Source of the DNA: an uncultured Chloroflexia bacterium
GTDB lineage: Bacteria > Chloroflexota > Limnocylindria > Limnocylindrales > CSP1-4
Direction: 5' to 3'
Assembly: GCA_963735785.1 (NCBI GenBank)
Contig: CAVTMH010000001.1
Coordinates: 78,824 to 142,823 of the forward strand
Length of the DNA stretch: 64,000 nt
Part shown: in pieces, positions 1 through 8,984 of the stretch
Position numbering within the stretch: position 1 is the stretch's first letter
Layout: each line of letters starts with the position of its first letter
Notes under the pieces: generated by a model
The model's input: the letters and a program-made list of their open reading frames with translations, nothing else
Told to the model about the DNA's origin: nothing
Databases searched by the model: none
Program-made: the position numbers and the translations under genes

Positions 1-664
1 ACTGGAGTCCGAACAGCAGCACGAGCAGCCAGCCCGTGCCGCTTCGCCACGGCAACCGCCGGGCCGTGGGATCGAGCCTGGGGACTCTCCCTTCCCCTCG
101 AACCAGCAGGAGCCACGCCGCGATCGACAGCAACGACGCCCCGGACAACAGCACTAGCGACATCCGCCAGTCGCCGCCGATCGCCAGGGGGATCGCCGCC
201 CCGGCGGCGATCGTCGAGCCCGCCACGATACCGCCGGCATAGGCCCCCGTCCCGAGCGCCGGCCGGTCGGGAAGGCGTTGCGATACCACCATCGAGGGGA
301 TCGCCCCCGCAACGCCGATGCCGATCCCGAGACCCAGCGTGGCCAGCAGGATCAGGGGGTAGGCCGGGGCCACGGCGCGCAGCAGGCCGCACGCCACGAT
401 GACCCCGAGACACGCCCCGAAGGCGGTCCGCGGCCCGAGCCGGGCAGCCACCCGCGGGCCGATCGGCGCAAAGATCCCCATGCACAGCACCGGGATCGTC
501 GTGAGCAGGCCGGCGAGACTCGCGGGCAGGGCGAGATCCTCGCGGATCAGCGGCAGCAACGGCCCGATGGCGAGGATCTGCGGCCGCAACGCAAGCGATG
601 CCAGGAACAGCCCGGCGACGACACCCAGCGGGAGCCGGATGTGTGGCGCGGACCGTTCGGGCAT
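1..664 (-). CDS. CynX/NimT-like MFS transporter (3' end runs off the window)
   Basis: Hand translation from ATG 664: MPERSAPHIRLPLGVVAGLFLASLALRPQILAIGPLLPLIREDLALPASLAGLLTTIPVLCMGIFAP, the typical CynX N-terminus. TAGCGT -10 lies 6 nt upstream. Confidence 0.85.
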   Translation of the reverse strand, partial: MPERSAPHIRLPLGVVAGLFLASLALRPQILAIGPLLPLIREDLALPASLAGLLTTIPVLCMGIFAPIGPRVAARLGPRTAFGACLGVIVACGLLRAVAPAYPLILLATLGLGIGIGVAGAIPSMVVSQRLPDRPALGTGAYAGGIVAGSTIAAGAAIPLAIGGDWRMSLVLLSGASLLSIAAWLLLVRGEGRVPRLDPTARRLPWRSGTGWLLVLLFGLQ

Positions 665-769
665 CTGCGCACGCTACCGCAGCCCGATGGTGACGCGCAT
701 GGCGCAAGATGGTCCGCCACGGGTCCGGACGAACACGCGCGTGAGGACGAACAGGCGATGGAGGCGAGG

Positions 770-2203
770 ATGACGGACGGGGTGATGCGCTCGACGCGAC
801 GGTCGACCGACCGGCTGCTGCTGCACGCGACCGCGGAGCTGGCGGCCGACTTCCTCGAGTCGTTGGACGAGCGGCCCGTCGCGCCGCGAGCCGGGCGGGA
901 TGCGCTCCTGGCTGAGCTCGGGGGTCCCCTGCCCCCCGAAGGCGTACCGGCATCCGATGTGATCGAGGATCTCGCCCGCATCGCCGAGCCCGGCGTGGTG
1001 GGGATGGCCGGTCCACGTTACTTCGGGTTCGTGATCGGCGGTTCGTTGCCGGCCGCGCTGGCCGCCGACTGGTTGACCTCGACCTGGGACCAGAACGCGG
1101 GTCTCTTCGCGGCCGGTCCGTCGGCATCCGTGGTCGAGGAGGTGATCGGGTCGTGGCTCGTGGACCTGCTCGGCCTGCCCGACGGCACGAGCATCGGCCT
1201 GACCACGGGCTGCCAGATGGCGCACGTCACGTGCCTCGCCTCCGCCCGCCATCGCGTCCTCGAGGCCGCCGGGTGGGACGTCGAGGAGCGCGGGCTGTTC
1301 GGCGCGCCCGAGATCTCGGTGGTCATCGGGTCGGAAGCGCACGCGACGATCCCGACCGCGTTGCAATACCTTGGGATGGGTCGCTCACGGGTCATCCCCG
1401 TCGACTCCGACGAGCAGGGGCGCATGCGTCTGGAGTCGCTCGCCGCCGCCCTCCCGAGCGGCGACGGCCCGCTCATCGTGTCGTTGCAGGCCGGGAACGT
1501 GAACACGGGTTCGTTCGACCCCATCGGCCCGGCCATCGAGCTCATCCGAGCGCGGCACGCGGGGGCGTGGATCCACATCGACGGCGCATTCGGCCTGTGG
1601 GCGGCCGCCAGCCCGCGGTACCGCCATCTCCTGGAGGGCCACGACGGCGCGGATTCGTGGGCCACGGATGGCCACAAGTGGCTCAATGTGCCCTATGACT
1701 GCGGGTATGCCTTCGTGCGCGACCCCCGGGTCCACGCCGAGGCGCTGTCCCCACCCGGCGCGGCCTACATCGTGTACGGAACCGCGGAGCGCGACGAGTT
1801 CCGCTGGGTGCCGGAATACTCGCGGCGAGCTCGTGGCTTCCCGACCTACGCGGCGCTGCGCTCACTCGGGCGGGACGGGGTGGCCGACCTGGTCGAGCGG
1901 TGCTGTCGGCTGGCGACGCGCATGGCCGACGGCCTGCGAGCGGGCGGCATGGGGATCGAGGTGCTCAACGACGTGGTCCTCGACCAGATCCTCGTCCGAT
2001 TCCATCCCGCCGACCGCGGTGACCCGGATGCCTGGACGCGCGAGGTCATCGCGCGTGTTCAGGCGGACGGGACGTGCTGGCTGTCCGGCACGACGTGGCA
2101 CGGCATGGCCGCCATGCGCATCTCGATCGTCAACTGGTCGACGACCGAGGAGGACATCGATCGATCGCTCGAGGCGATCCTGGGAGCGGCGCGCCCCTCC
2201 TGA
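770..2203 (+). CDS. Group II PLP-dependent decarboxylase (aromatic amino acid/glutamate decarboxylase family)
   Basis: PRYFGFV, HIDGAFG and ATDGHKWLNVPYDCG (PLP lysine). Start set at ATG 770 after GGAGG. Confidence 0.9.
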   Translation: MTDGVMRSTRRSTDRLLLHATAELAADFLESLDERPVAPRAGRDALLAELGGPLPPEGVPASDVIEDLARIAEPGVVGMAGPRYFGFVIGGSLPAALAADWLTSTWDQNAGLFAAGPSASVVEEVIGSWLVDLLGLPDGTSIGLTTGCQMAHVTCLASARHRVLEAAGWDVEERGLFGAPEISVVIGSEAHATIPTALQYLGMGRSRVIPVDSDEQGRMRLESLAAALPSGDGPLIVSLQAGNVNTGSFDPIGPAIELIRARHAGAWIHIDGAFGLWAAASPRYRHLLEGHDGADSWATDGHKWLNVPYDCGYAFVRDPRVHAEALSPPGAAYIVYGTAERDEFRWVPEYSRRARGFPTYAALRSLGRDGVADLVERCCRLATRMADGLRAGGMGIEVLNDVVLDQILVRFHPADRGDPDAWTREVIARVQADGTCWLSGTTWHGMAAMRISIVNWSTTEEDIDRSLEAILGAARPS

Positions 2204-2216
2204 TCCTGCCGCCCGG

Positions 2217-3329
2217 TCAGAACGTGGACTCGACCGCGTGCGAGCGTCCGTCGGCGATCGATTCGTACGCCGCGAGCGTGATCTCAAGCACGTGCCGCGC
2301 GTGCTCCGCTGTGAGGACCGGTTCGGTCTCGCCGCCCAGGCAGTCGATGAAATGCCGTACGCCGGCCTCGACGACCGCGACATCGTCCGCCGGGATCTCG
2401 ATGCCGTGCTGCCATCCCTCGCGTGCCAAAGGGCTGTCGTCGTCGACGTAGAGGCTGACCGGGTCGGCAGCGTCGTAGCCCGGGCCACTGAAGCTGAGCG
2501 TGGCCATCGGGAAATGCAGCTCGAGCCACGGCGCGAGACTGCTCGGTGTGCCGAAGCTCGCCAGCAGCTGACCCAATGCGCCATCGGCGAACTGCAGGTT
2601 GATCAGGACGTGGTCTGGCGTCGTGACCTCGATGGTCTTGCCGGCGAGCGGCCCGCCGCGGACAACCCTGGCGGGCGTCGCGACCGCGCCCATGGCCTGG
2701 ACCCGCACGACGGGTCCGAGCAGCATCGTGAGCGCGTGCAGGCGATACACGCCGTGATCGAAGACGGGGCCCACGCCCTCCCGGTAGAACGGCGTCGGGT
2801 CGCCCGTGTACTCGCGCCACGCGGCCGGGCCGGGATCCGCGTGATGCGTGACCGCCAGCGTCGGGTGGCCGTACCGACCGGAGGCGATCAACTCGGCGAT
2901 CCAGCGGAAGCGAGCCGTCACGGCGACGCCCGGCGCACACAGGAACGAAACGCCACGCCGGGCGGCCGAGGCGATCAGCGCGTCGGCTTCGGCGACCGTG
3001 CCCCCGAGCGGCTTCTCCGAGTACAGGTGCAGGCCGGCCTCGAGGATCGCCGCGTTGATCGTGCCGTGGCGTGGGGCCGGGGCCAGGTCGATGGCGGCCT
3101 CGGCGACGCCGTCGGCCAGCATCGCCTCGAGATCGGTGTAGGGCGCCGCCCGGGGCGACCAGTCCGCGACGCTTGCGGCCGCCCGCTCCGCGGCGCCGGG
3201 TCGCGGGTCCACGAACGCGGTGATGGCGACCCCGCCGGCGAGCTCCGCCAGCGCGGGCAGGTAGTGGCGGTACGCCACGTCGCCGGCGCCGACGATGGCG
3301 AGCCGTAGCTTTGGGGCGGCGGCAGGCAT
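2217..3329 (-). CDS. Gfo/Idh/MocA family oxidoreductase
   Basis: Rossmann IVGAGDVA, SEKP and DHGVY motifs. Confidence 0.9.
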   Translation of the reverse strand: MPAAAPKLRLAIVGAGDVAYRHYLPALAELAGGVAITAFVDPRPGAAERAAASVADWSPRAAPYTDLEAMLADGVAEAAIDLAPAPRHGTINAAILEAGLHLYSEKPLGGTVAEADALIASAARRGVSFLCAPGVAVTARFRWIAELIASGRYGHPTLAVTHHADPGPAAWREYTGDPTPFYREGVGPVFDHGVYRLHALTMLLGPVVRVQAMGAVATPARVVRGGPLAGKTIEVTTPDHVLINLQFADGALGQLLASFGTPSSLAPWLELHFPMATLSFSGPGYDAADPVSLYVDDDSPLAREGWQHGIEIPADDVAVVEAGVRHFIDCLGGETEPVLTAEHARHVLEITLAAYESIADGRSHAVESTF

Positions 3330-3382
3330 GGGCGGAGCCTACCCGCCGCCGACGCCGGTTGCCGGGCGACCCCGGCTCGGCA

Positions 3383-4720
3383 TTACGCCGCGGATTCCTC
3401 CACGGGCTCGCCAACCTCGATCGGGTTGTTGATCGGGTCCTGGCTCCATTCGAACCAGCCCCCGTCGTACACCGCAACCCGCGGCCAGTCCTGCAGGTAC
3501 GCGTAGAACCAGGTCTCACTGGCCCGCCAGCCGGTGCCGCAGTAGAACGCCACCCACTTGTCGGCGGTGATCCCGGCCTCGGCCCAGTGGGCCGCGATCT
3601 CCGGGTACGCACGCATCGTGTTGTCGACGTTGCGGTAGTGCTGCATGTGGTACGCGTCCGTCCCGCAGTTGCCCCAAACGTCGCCCTTGATGCGGCCCGC
3701 CGGGCCGATGTAGTTGTAGCCGCTGACGTTGCCGATGTGCTCGCGCCACGTCCGGATGCTCACCAGGGCCGCGCCCTCGGGGTCGGCGATGATCTGCTTG
3801 GCCTCGTCGATGTCGACGATGACCTCGGGGCGGAGTGGGATCTGCACCCCGAAGCTCGCGACCGGTGTCGGCTCCCGCAGGAACGTCTCGACGGGATTGC
3901 CGCTCCGGACCCACCAATCGTACCCGCCGTCGAGCAGGCGGACGTCGTCGACGCCTGCGTAGCGGAGGATCATCAACGCGCGCGTGGCGGCGATCTGACC
4001 CGCCCGGCGGCCGGGCCACTTCTCGTTCGCGTGACCCTCGGTGTCGCGGCCGTAGACCACGATCGTCGTGTCGTTGGTGATCCCCAGGGCGCGCAACGCG
4101 ATCTCGAGCGCCTCGGGCGAACGGCGGTTCCAGTCGGCCGGGTCCTCGAGCCAGTTGGTGTCGAGGTAGACCGCTCCCGGGATGTGCGCCTCCGCGTACT
4201 CCTCGGGCACCCCGAAGTTGACGTGGAAGAGGAGGAATTTGCCTTCGGGCGCCGCCTCGGGACGCTCGCCCGCGAGGACCCCCCGCAGCCAGTCGATGTG
4301 GACCAGCCGGTCGTACCTGGGGAGGCGATCGATCGGCAGGTCCGGATCGGCCGCCCAGGCGGTGAAGCCATCGGTATACACACGCACGTGCTCGATGCCA
4401 AGGCTGGCCAGGCTCGTCGCGACCGCGTCGGCCTCGGCGAGGGCCGTGCCGTAGACGACCACCTCGCGGCCGGGGACAACCCCCTTCTCGTCGAGGATGC
4501 GCCGGATCTCCGGAGCGTCCACGCTGGTCAGCCAGGCGCTCGGGAATGCCACAGCGCCAGGGATGTGGCCGCCGCGTGCCTCGCCGTCGAGGCGCCAGCC
4601 GTTGTAGCCCGTCAGCGGCCGCGCGTCGATGACGGTCAGGTCGGGATCGCCGAGACGGTCGCGGAGTTCGGTGGTGGAGATCCCCGGTCGCTCGGTCGCG
4701 ACCTCGTGGAGGATGGTCAT
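3383..4720 (-). CDS. Three-domain rhodanese sulfurtransferase, YnjE-like
   Basis: GHIPGA and AHIPGA repeats, active-site loop YCGTGWRAS (CGTGWR as in YnjE), C-terminal YDGGWFEWS. Confidence 0.9.
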   Translation of the reverse strand: MTILHEVATERPGISTTELRDRLGDPDLTVIDARPLTGYNGWRLDGEARGGHIPGAVAFPSAWLTSVDAPEIRRILDEKGVVPGREVVVYGTALAEADAVATSLASLGIEHVRVYTDGFTAWAADPDLPIDRLPRYDRLVHIDWLRGVLAGERPEAAPEGKFLLFHVNFGVPEEYAEAHIPGAVYLDTNWLEDPADWNRRSPEALEIALRALGITNDTTIVVYGRDTEGHANEKWPGRRAGQIAATRALMILRYAGVDDVRLLDGGYDWWVRSGNPVETFLREPTPVASFGVQIPLRPEVIVDIDEAKQIIADPEGAALVSIRTWREHIGNVSGYNYIGPAGRIKGDVWGNCGTDAYHMQHYRNVDNTMRAYPEIAAHWAEAGITADKWVAFYCGTGWRASETWFYAYLQDWPRVAVYDGGWFEWSQDPINNPIEVGEPVEESAA

Positions 4721-4755
4721 GTCGCCGTGTCCCTCGTCGGTGGTGCGGTCCTGGG

Positions 4756-4785
4756 CAAAACAAAGACCCCTGCCCGGCAGGGGTC
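4756..4785 (-). terminator. Intrinsic terminator of leader attenuator
   Basis: Minus strand GACCCCTGC-CGG-GCAGGGGTC followed by TTTGTTTTG, 35 nt upstream of the sulfurtransferase start. Confidence 0.85.
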
Positions 4786-4825
4786 GGAAGGTGCGTGGCG
4801 TGCGGGATTCATGCTGATCGCACGC

Positions 4826-4897
4826 CTAGGTACACCACCTGCCCTGCTCGGCGAGGGTGGGACAGGGACAGCACACGGCGGTCGCGTGACGGTGCAT
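4826..4897 (-). CDS. Cys-rich leader peptide (23 aa) MHRHATAVCCPCPTLAEQGRWCT
   Basis: Hand-translated ATG..TAG uORF with Cys at positions 9, 10, 12 and 22, upstream of the terminator and a sulfur-transfer gene. TGT-CACACT extended -10-like element at 4907-4915. Confidence 0.75.
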   Translation of the reverse strand: MHRHATAVCCPCPTLAEQGRWCT

Positions 4898-4951
4898 CGT
4901 CGGCGGAGTGTGACAGTCGATGCCGGTTCTGGCAACCCTGGTTCTCGGCGG

Positions 4952-5464
4952 TCACCCCGCCGCGAGGATCCAGTGGTTGCAGCGCAAGAGGCGGCCGGCA
5001 TATTCGACGACCTCCTCCCCGAGGTTCGCGAACCCGGCCTTGCGGCAGACGGCATTCGACGGCCCGTTCGTCACGCCCGGAAAGGCGTGGATGTCGCCCC
5101 AGCGCCCGTCCGAGACGGCTCGCTCGAGCAGCAGGCGCAGCGCTTCCGTGGCGAGACCGCGGCCCTGGAACTCGTGCAGGATCGCCCAACCCGCCTCGCT
5201 TCGCTGACCGCCGTCGACCGCATCCGACCAGAGACAGATCGTGCCGACGGCGTGGTTCTCAGGCTCGAGCTCGATCGTGAAGTACCACAGGCGATCCGCT
5301 GCCATCCCCTCGAGACGTCGCTGGTGGATGCCGGGGATGTCGGCGGGCGGCAGGGGCCCACCGAGGTCTGCCATCATCACCGGGCTCGTCTCGATCGACT
5401 CGGTCAGCCAGCGATCGGCGTCGGTGTACGGCCGGAGTCTGATCGACGGTCGGGGCGACGACAC
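4952..5464 (-). CDS. GNAT (RimJ/RimL-type) N-acetyltransferase
   Basis: EAGWAILHEFQGRGLATEA and NGPSNAVCRKAGF. GTG start 6 nt after TATCGT. Confidence 0.85.
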   Translation of the reverse strand: MSSPRPSIRLRPYTDADRWLTESIETSPVMMADLGGPLPPADIPGIHQRRLEGMAADRLWYFTIELEPENHAVGTICLWSDAVDGGQRSEAGWAILHEFQGRGLATEALRLLLERAVSDGRWGDIHAFPGVTNGPSNAVCRKAGFANLGEEVVEYAGRLLRCNHWILAAG

Positions 5465-5527
5465 GCATGCACGATAGCGGAGCCCGACCGGCGCGTCCCG
5501 TGGACCTCGGCTACGCTCGGCGACGTC

Positions 5528-5938
5528 ATGCCGACACGACAATTCGCCATCCGTCTGGGTGCTCGGTCAAGGCTGGTGCTGCGCCTGTTCGGGGTGCGCG
5601 GGCCGGACGACGCCTGGGTCGACCTCGGCGACGAGGCCCTCGAGGCCCGGTTCGGGCGGTTCGGGGCCACCAGCCCCGTCTCGAACATCGTCGGCTGGCG
5701 GATCGAGGGGCCGTGGCGCTGGATCACCGCGATCGGCGTCCGGCGCAGCGTACGTCATGGCGACGTCACGTTCGGCGGTTCGCATCGCGGCGGCGTGCGG
5801 CTCGACTTCGCCGAACGAGTCCGGGTCGGGCCATTCCGGACGCCGGCCTTGTACGTCTCGGTCGAGGACCTCGAGGGCCTGGCGGCGGCGCTCGCGGCCC
5901 GCGGGATCGCCGGGGTCGATGCGCGCCGAGCCGGCTGA
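5528..5938 (+). CDS. Hypothetical protein
   Basis: ATG 5528, MPTRQFAIRLG...; protein-like end of the long 3311..5938 ORF, with GC3-biased codons. Confidence 0.7.
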   Translation: MPTRQFAIRLGARSRLVLRLFGVRGPDDAWVDLGDEALEARFGRFGATSPVSNIVGWRIEGPWRWITAIGVRRSVRHGDVTFGGSHRGGVRLDFAERVRVGPFRTPALYVSVEDLEGLAAALAARGIAGVDARRAG

Positions 5939-6007
5939 CCGCTGCAACGGTACGGTATGCGTCCGGGACTGACGTTGAGACCCGACCCGCCGGAGGCTAT
6001 CCGCACC

Positions 6008-6649
6008 GTGAACGAGACCACCGACCATGAGCCGACGACCCGTGCGGACCGCGCGCTCGACGCCGGGACCCTGGTGGCCAAGATGGCGACCATCGGATTC
6101 GGGATCGATGCGCTGATCAACCACGCCTCGCCACGGTTGCGGGGCAAGGCCATCCGGACGCGCGCCATCGGCTACACGGCGGCGCTGCTGCTCGTCCCCC
6201 TGGCCTGGCGCTTGCTGCCCGGTCCGCGCGACCCGTACCCGCGCGCGCTGGACCTGGCGGTCACGGTGCCCTTGCTCGCGGACGCGGCGGGGAACGCCTT
6301 CGGCATCTACGAGCGGGTCCGCGTCGACGACGCCGTCCATGTCGCCAATGCGGCGATCCTCGCCGGCGTCACCGGTTCGCTGATCGCGCCGCATGTCGAC
6401 GAGCGGTGGCAGGCGGCACTCGCGGGCGGGGCGATCTCGATCGCCGCCGAGACCCTGTGGGAGACCATGGAATACGTGGCGTGGCGGTTGGGCCAGGACG
6501 GCATGGACCTGACGTACGAGGACACCATGGACGACATCATCGGCACATGGGTCGGTGCGGTCGCGGGCGCGGCCTACATCCTGACCCGAGCGCCGCGCCA
6601 CAAGTCCACGCGCGTTCGGCGTGGCTGGCGCGCCATCCTGGGTGCCTGA
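6008..6649 (+). CDS. Membrane protein, DUF2238-like putative metal-binding hydrolase
   Basis: GGAGG then GTG 6008. Several TM segments with DDAVH, WETMEY and EDTMDD motifs. Confidence 0.7.
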   Translation: MNETTDHEPTTRADRALDAGTLVAKMATIGFGIDALINHASPRLRGKAIRTRAIGYTAALLLVPLAWRLLPGPRDPYPRALDLAVTVPLLADAAGNAFGIYERVRVDDAVHVANAAILAGVTGSLIAPHVDERWQAALAGGAISIAAETLWETMEYVAWRLGQDGMDLTYEDTMDDIIGTWVGAVAGAAYILTRAPRHKSTRVRRGWRAILGA

Positions 6650-7514
6650 TCCGCTGCGGCTCACCTGGATCGGTCACTCGACAGTCCTGCTGGAGCTGGC
6701 CGGCCGTCGGTTCCTGACCGATCCATTCCTGCGCGATCGTCTCGGCCCGTTGCGCCGACGGGGACCGTCGGTCGACGTCGACGCCATCGGCAGGCTCGAC
6801 GCTGTCCTCCTGTCCCACGCCCACCCCGACCACTTCGACCGGCGATCGATCCGGCGGCTCCAGGGCGACCCGGTGATGATCGTGCCGGCAGGTCTCGGCC
6901 GAGTCGTGGAGCGGATGGGGTTCTCGGCCCACGAGCTGGCGGAAGGCGAGCGACGGACGGTCGGCGGCCTCGGGGTGACGGCGGTTCCGGCCCACCACGG
7001 ACGCTGGCCGCCTCACCGCGGCGCGGCTACCCTGGGCTACCTCATCGAGCGGTCACCGAGCTCCCCGAGCGTCTACTTCGCCGGTGACACCTCGGCGTTC
7101 GCGGGGCTCGGGGCGCTGGCCGGGCAGGTGGACGTTGCGCTGCTGCCGATCGGGAGCTGGGGACCGCATTCGGCGCCCTGGCATCTGGGCCCGCGAGGCG
7201 CCGCCAGGCTGGCCGACACGATCGGGGCTCGCGTGGTCGTGCCGATCCACTGGGGCACGCTCTACCCGGCCGGCCTGGCGCGCGTCTGGGGCGGACCGCT
7301 GGACAAGCCGGGCATCCAGTTCCGCGGCGCGTGCTCGGAACTGGCAAGGGGGACGGAGCTGCGGCTGCTCGCCCCGGGTGAGGGCACGACGGTGCAGCTC
7401 CCGAACGTGCCCCGGGCGCGTCGCCGGTCAGATCCGGCGGACCACCATGCCCAGGAGGAGGAGCACGGTCGCGACGACGAACGCGAGGATGCCGAGCTGG
7501 TCGGACACGACTGA
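6642..7514 (+). CDS. MBL-fold metallo-hydrolase
   Basis: TWIGHST, LTDP, SHAHPDHFD, YFAGDT and PIHWGT motifs. Confidence 0.88.
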   Translation: MPDPLRLTWIGHSTVLLELAGRRFLTDPFLRDRLGPLRRRGPSVDVDAIGRLDAVLLSHAHPDHFDRRSIRRLQGDPVMIVPAGLGRVVERMGFSAHELAEGERRTVGGLGVTAVPAHHGRWPPHRGAATLGYLIERSPSSPSVYFAGDTSAFAGLGALAGQVDVALLPIGSWGPHSAPWHLGPRGAARLADTIGARVVVPIHWGTLYPAGLARVWGGPLDKPGIQFRGACSELARGTELRLLAPGEGTTVQLPNVPRARRRSDPADHHAQEEEHGRDDEREDAELVGHD

Positions 7515-7601
7515 GCCGAACGTCCCCAGCAGGCCGACGATGATGAACACCAGTGCGACGATGATGGTCCGCGCGGTCGGGGCGTGGTTGGTCCGGTTCA
7601 T
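7428..7601 (-). CDS. Small two-TM membrane protein (57 aa), absent from the ORF track
   Basis: MNRTNHAPTARTIIVALVFIIVGLLGTFGSVVSDQLGILAFVVATVLLLLGMVVRRI; starts 4 nt after the upstream stop and resembles the upstream protein. Confidence 0.7.
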   Translation of the reverse strand: MNRTNHAPTARTIIVALVFIIVGLLGTFGSVVSDQLGILAFVVATVLLLLGMVVRRI

Positions 7602-7605
7602 GCGC

Positions 7606-7836
7606 TCAGATCCCGGGCAGGAGTGAGCCCACGACGAGCAACGTCGGACAGGCGAAGAGCGCGAGGTACGCCAGTTCGCGATCGAGCGCGATGCCGACCA
7701 TCGACATGGCCTCTCGCACGGGTTCGAGGATCGGTAGCAGCGGCTCCACCGGCCAGAGGAACACGAACCCGATGACGCCCAGCGCGAGCGCGATCGCGAC
7801 CGTGATGAGGCGCGGCGGGTTGGGCCGGAGTCGCAT
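7606..7836 (-). CDS. Small two-TM membrane protein (76 aa)
   Basis: Two hydrophobic helices; GATACT -10-like element 7 nt before ATG. Confidence 0.75.
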   Translation of the reverse strand: MRLRPNPPRLITVAIALALGVIGFVFLWPVEPLLPILEPVREAMSMVGIALDRELAYLALFACPTLLVVGSLLPGI

Positions 7837-7879
7837 GGGCGCGAGTATCGCAGACCGGCGATGGTCGCCGCCCTACGGA

Positions 7880-8889
7880 TCAGCCCGGGTCGGCGGACGC
7901 GGAGCGTGTGGTCTGGATGATCGTGCTGGGCGTGTTGTGCACCGCCGGGATGCTGCCCAGCCGGCCCGCCTGATAGTCGGCCACAGCTTGCAAGATCTCC
8001 TCGCGGGTGTTCATCACGAAGGGGCCCATCCAGGCCACGGGCTCGCGGATGGGACGGCCGCCCAGCACCAGCACGTCCAGGTTGGGCGTGTGGCGATCCT
8101 GCAGGGTCGACGCGGCCACGGTCAGGGCGTCGCCCGGACCGAGCACCGCCAGCTGGCCTGCCCCGATCGGGCGTCCCTCATCGCCGACGCTCCCCCTCCC
8201 GCCATGACGTAGACCAGCGCGTTGTAGTCCGGTCGCCAGGGCAGGGCCAGTCGCGCGCCCGGGCTGAGCGTGGCGTGGACCAGCGTCATCGGGCTGTACG
8301 TGGAACCGGGCCCTGCGTGGCCGGCGACGTCCCCCGCGATCACCCGGACGAGCGCTCCGCCGTCGGGCGACGAAACCAGCGCGACTTCCCCCGCGCGGAT
8401 GTCCTGATAGCGCGGCGGTGACCACTTCTGGTCCGCCGGGAGATTGACCCATAGCTGAAAGCCGTGGAAGAGCCCGCCGCTTCGAACCAGCGCCTCCGGC
8501 GGCTTCTCGATGTGCAGGATGCCCGAGCCAGCGGTCATCCACTGCGTGTCGCCGTTGGTGATGAGCCCGCCGCCACCGTTCGAGTCGCTGTGCTCGAACG
8601 TGCCGTCGATCATGTAGGTGACCGTCTCGAACCCGCGGTGCGGGTGCCACGGCGTGCCCTTGGGCTCGCCTGGTGCGTAGTCGACCTCGCCCATCTGGTC
8701 GAGGTGGATGAACGGGTCGAGATCCTCGAGTGCCACCCCGGCGAAGGCGCGGCGGACCGGGAACCCCTCCCCTTCGAAGGCGTGCGGGGCGTTCGTGATG
8801 CTGCGGACAGCGCGTGCACGCGCGACGGCGGGGTCGGGCGCGGGGATCCTTGGGAGGATCGAGATGTCATCGACGACGACGGCGGGCAT
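7880..8889 (-). CDS. Pirin family protein (one frameshift near 8195, probably a sequencing error)
   Basis: DPFIHLDQMG, HPHRGFETVTY and WMTAGSGILHIE in one frame; GPFVMNTREEILQA in another. The break is in a G run. Confidence 0.88.
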
Positions 8890-8984
8890 GGGTTCGAGCT
8901 CCTTGGGTACTCCCACGACGATAGCAGGGATGTAGTTGCGGTGTCAACGACAATGCACGCCGGTCGGGTCGTAGACTCGCCGAC

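Noticed and set aside
278-769. Long N-terminal extension of the decarboxylase ORF (641 aa)
   Set aside because: It is the antisense shadow of the minus-strand MFS gene. SD and homology support a start at 770.
4740-4900. SAM or other metabolite riboswitch upstream of the sulfurtransferase
   Set aside because: No SAM-I, SAM-II or T-box consensus recognised; the Cys uORF with alternative stems explains the region better.
8180-8210. Programmed frameshift or phase variation in pirin
   Set aside because: A single missing base in a short G run, in a contig with other indel errors. An artefact is more likely.
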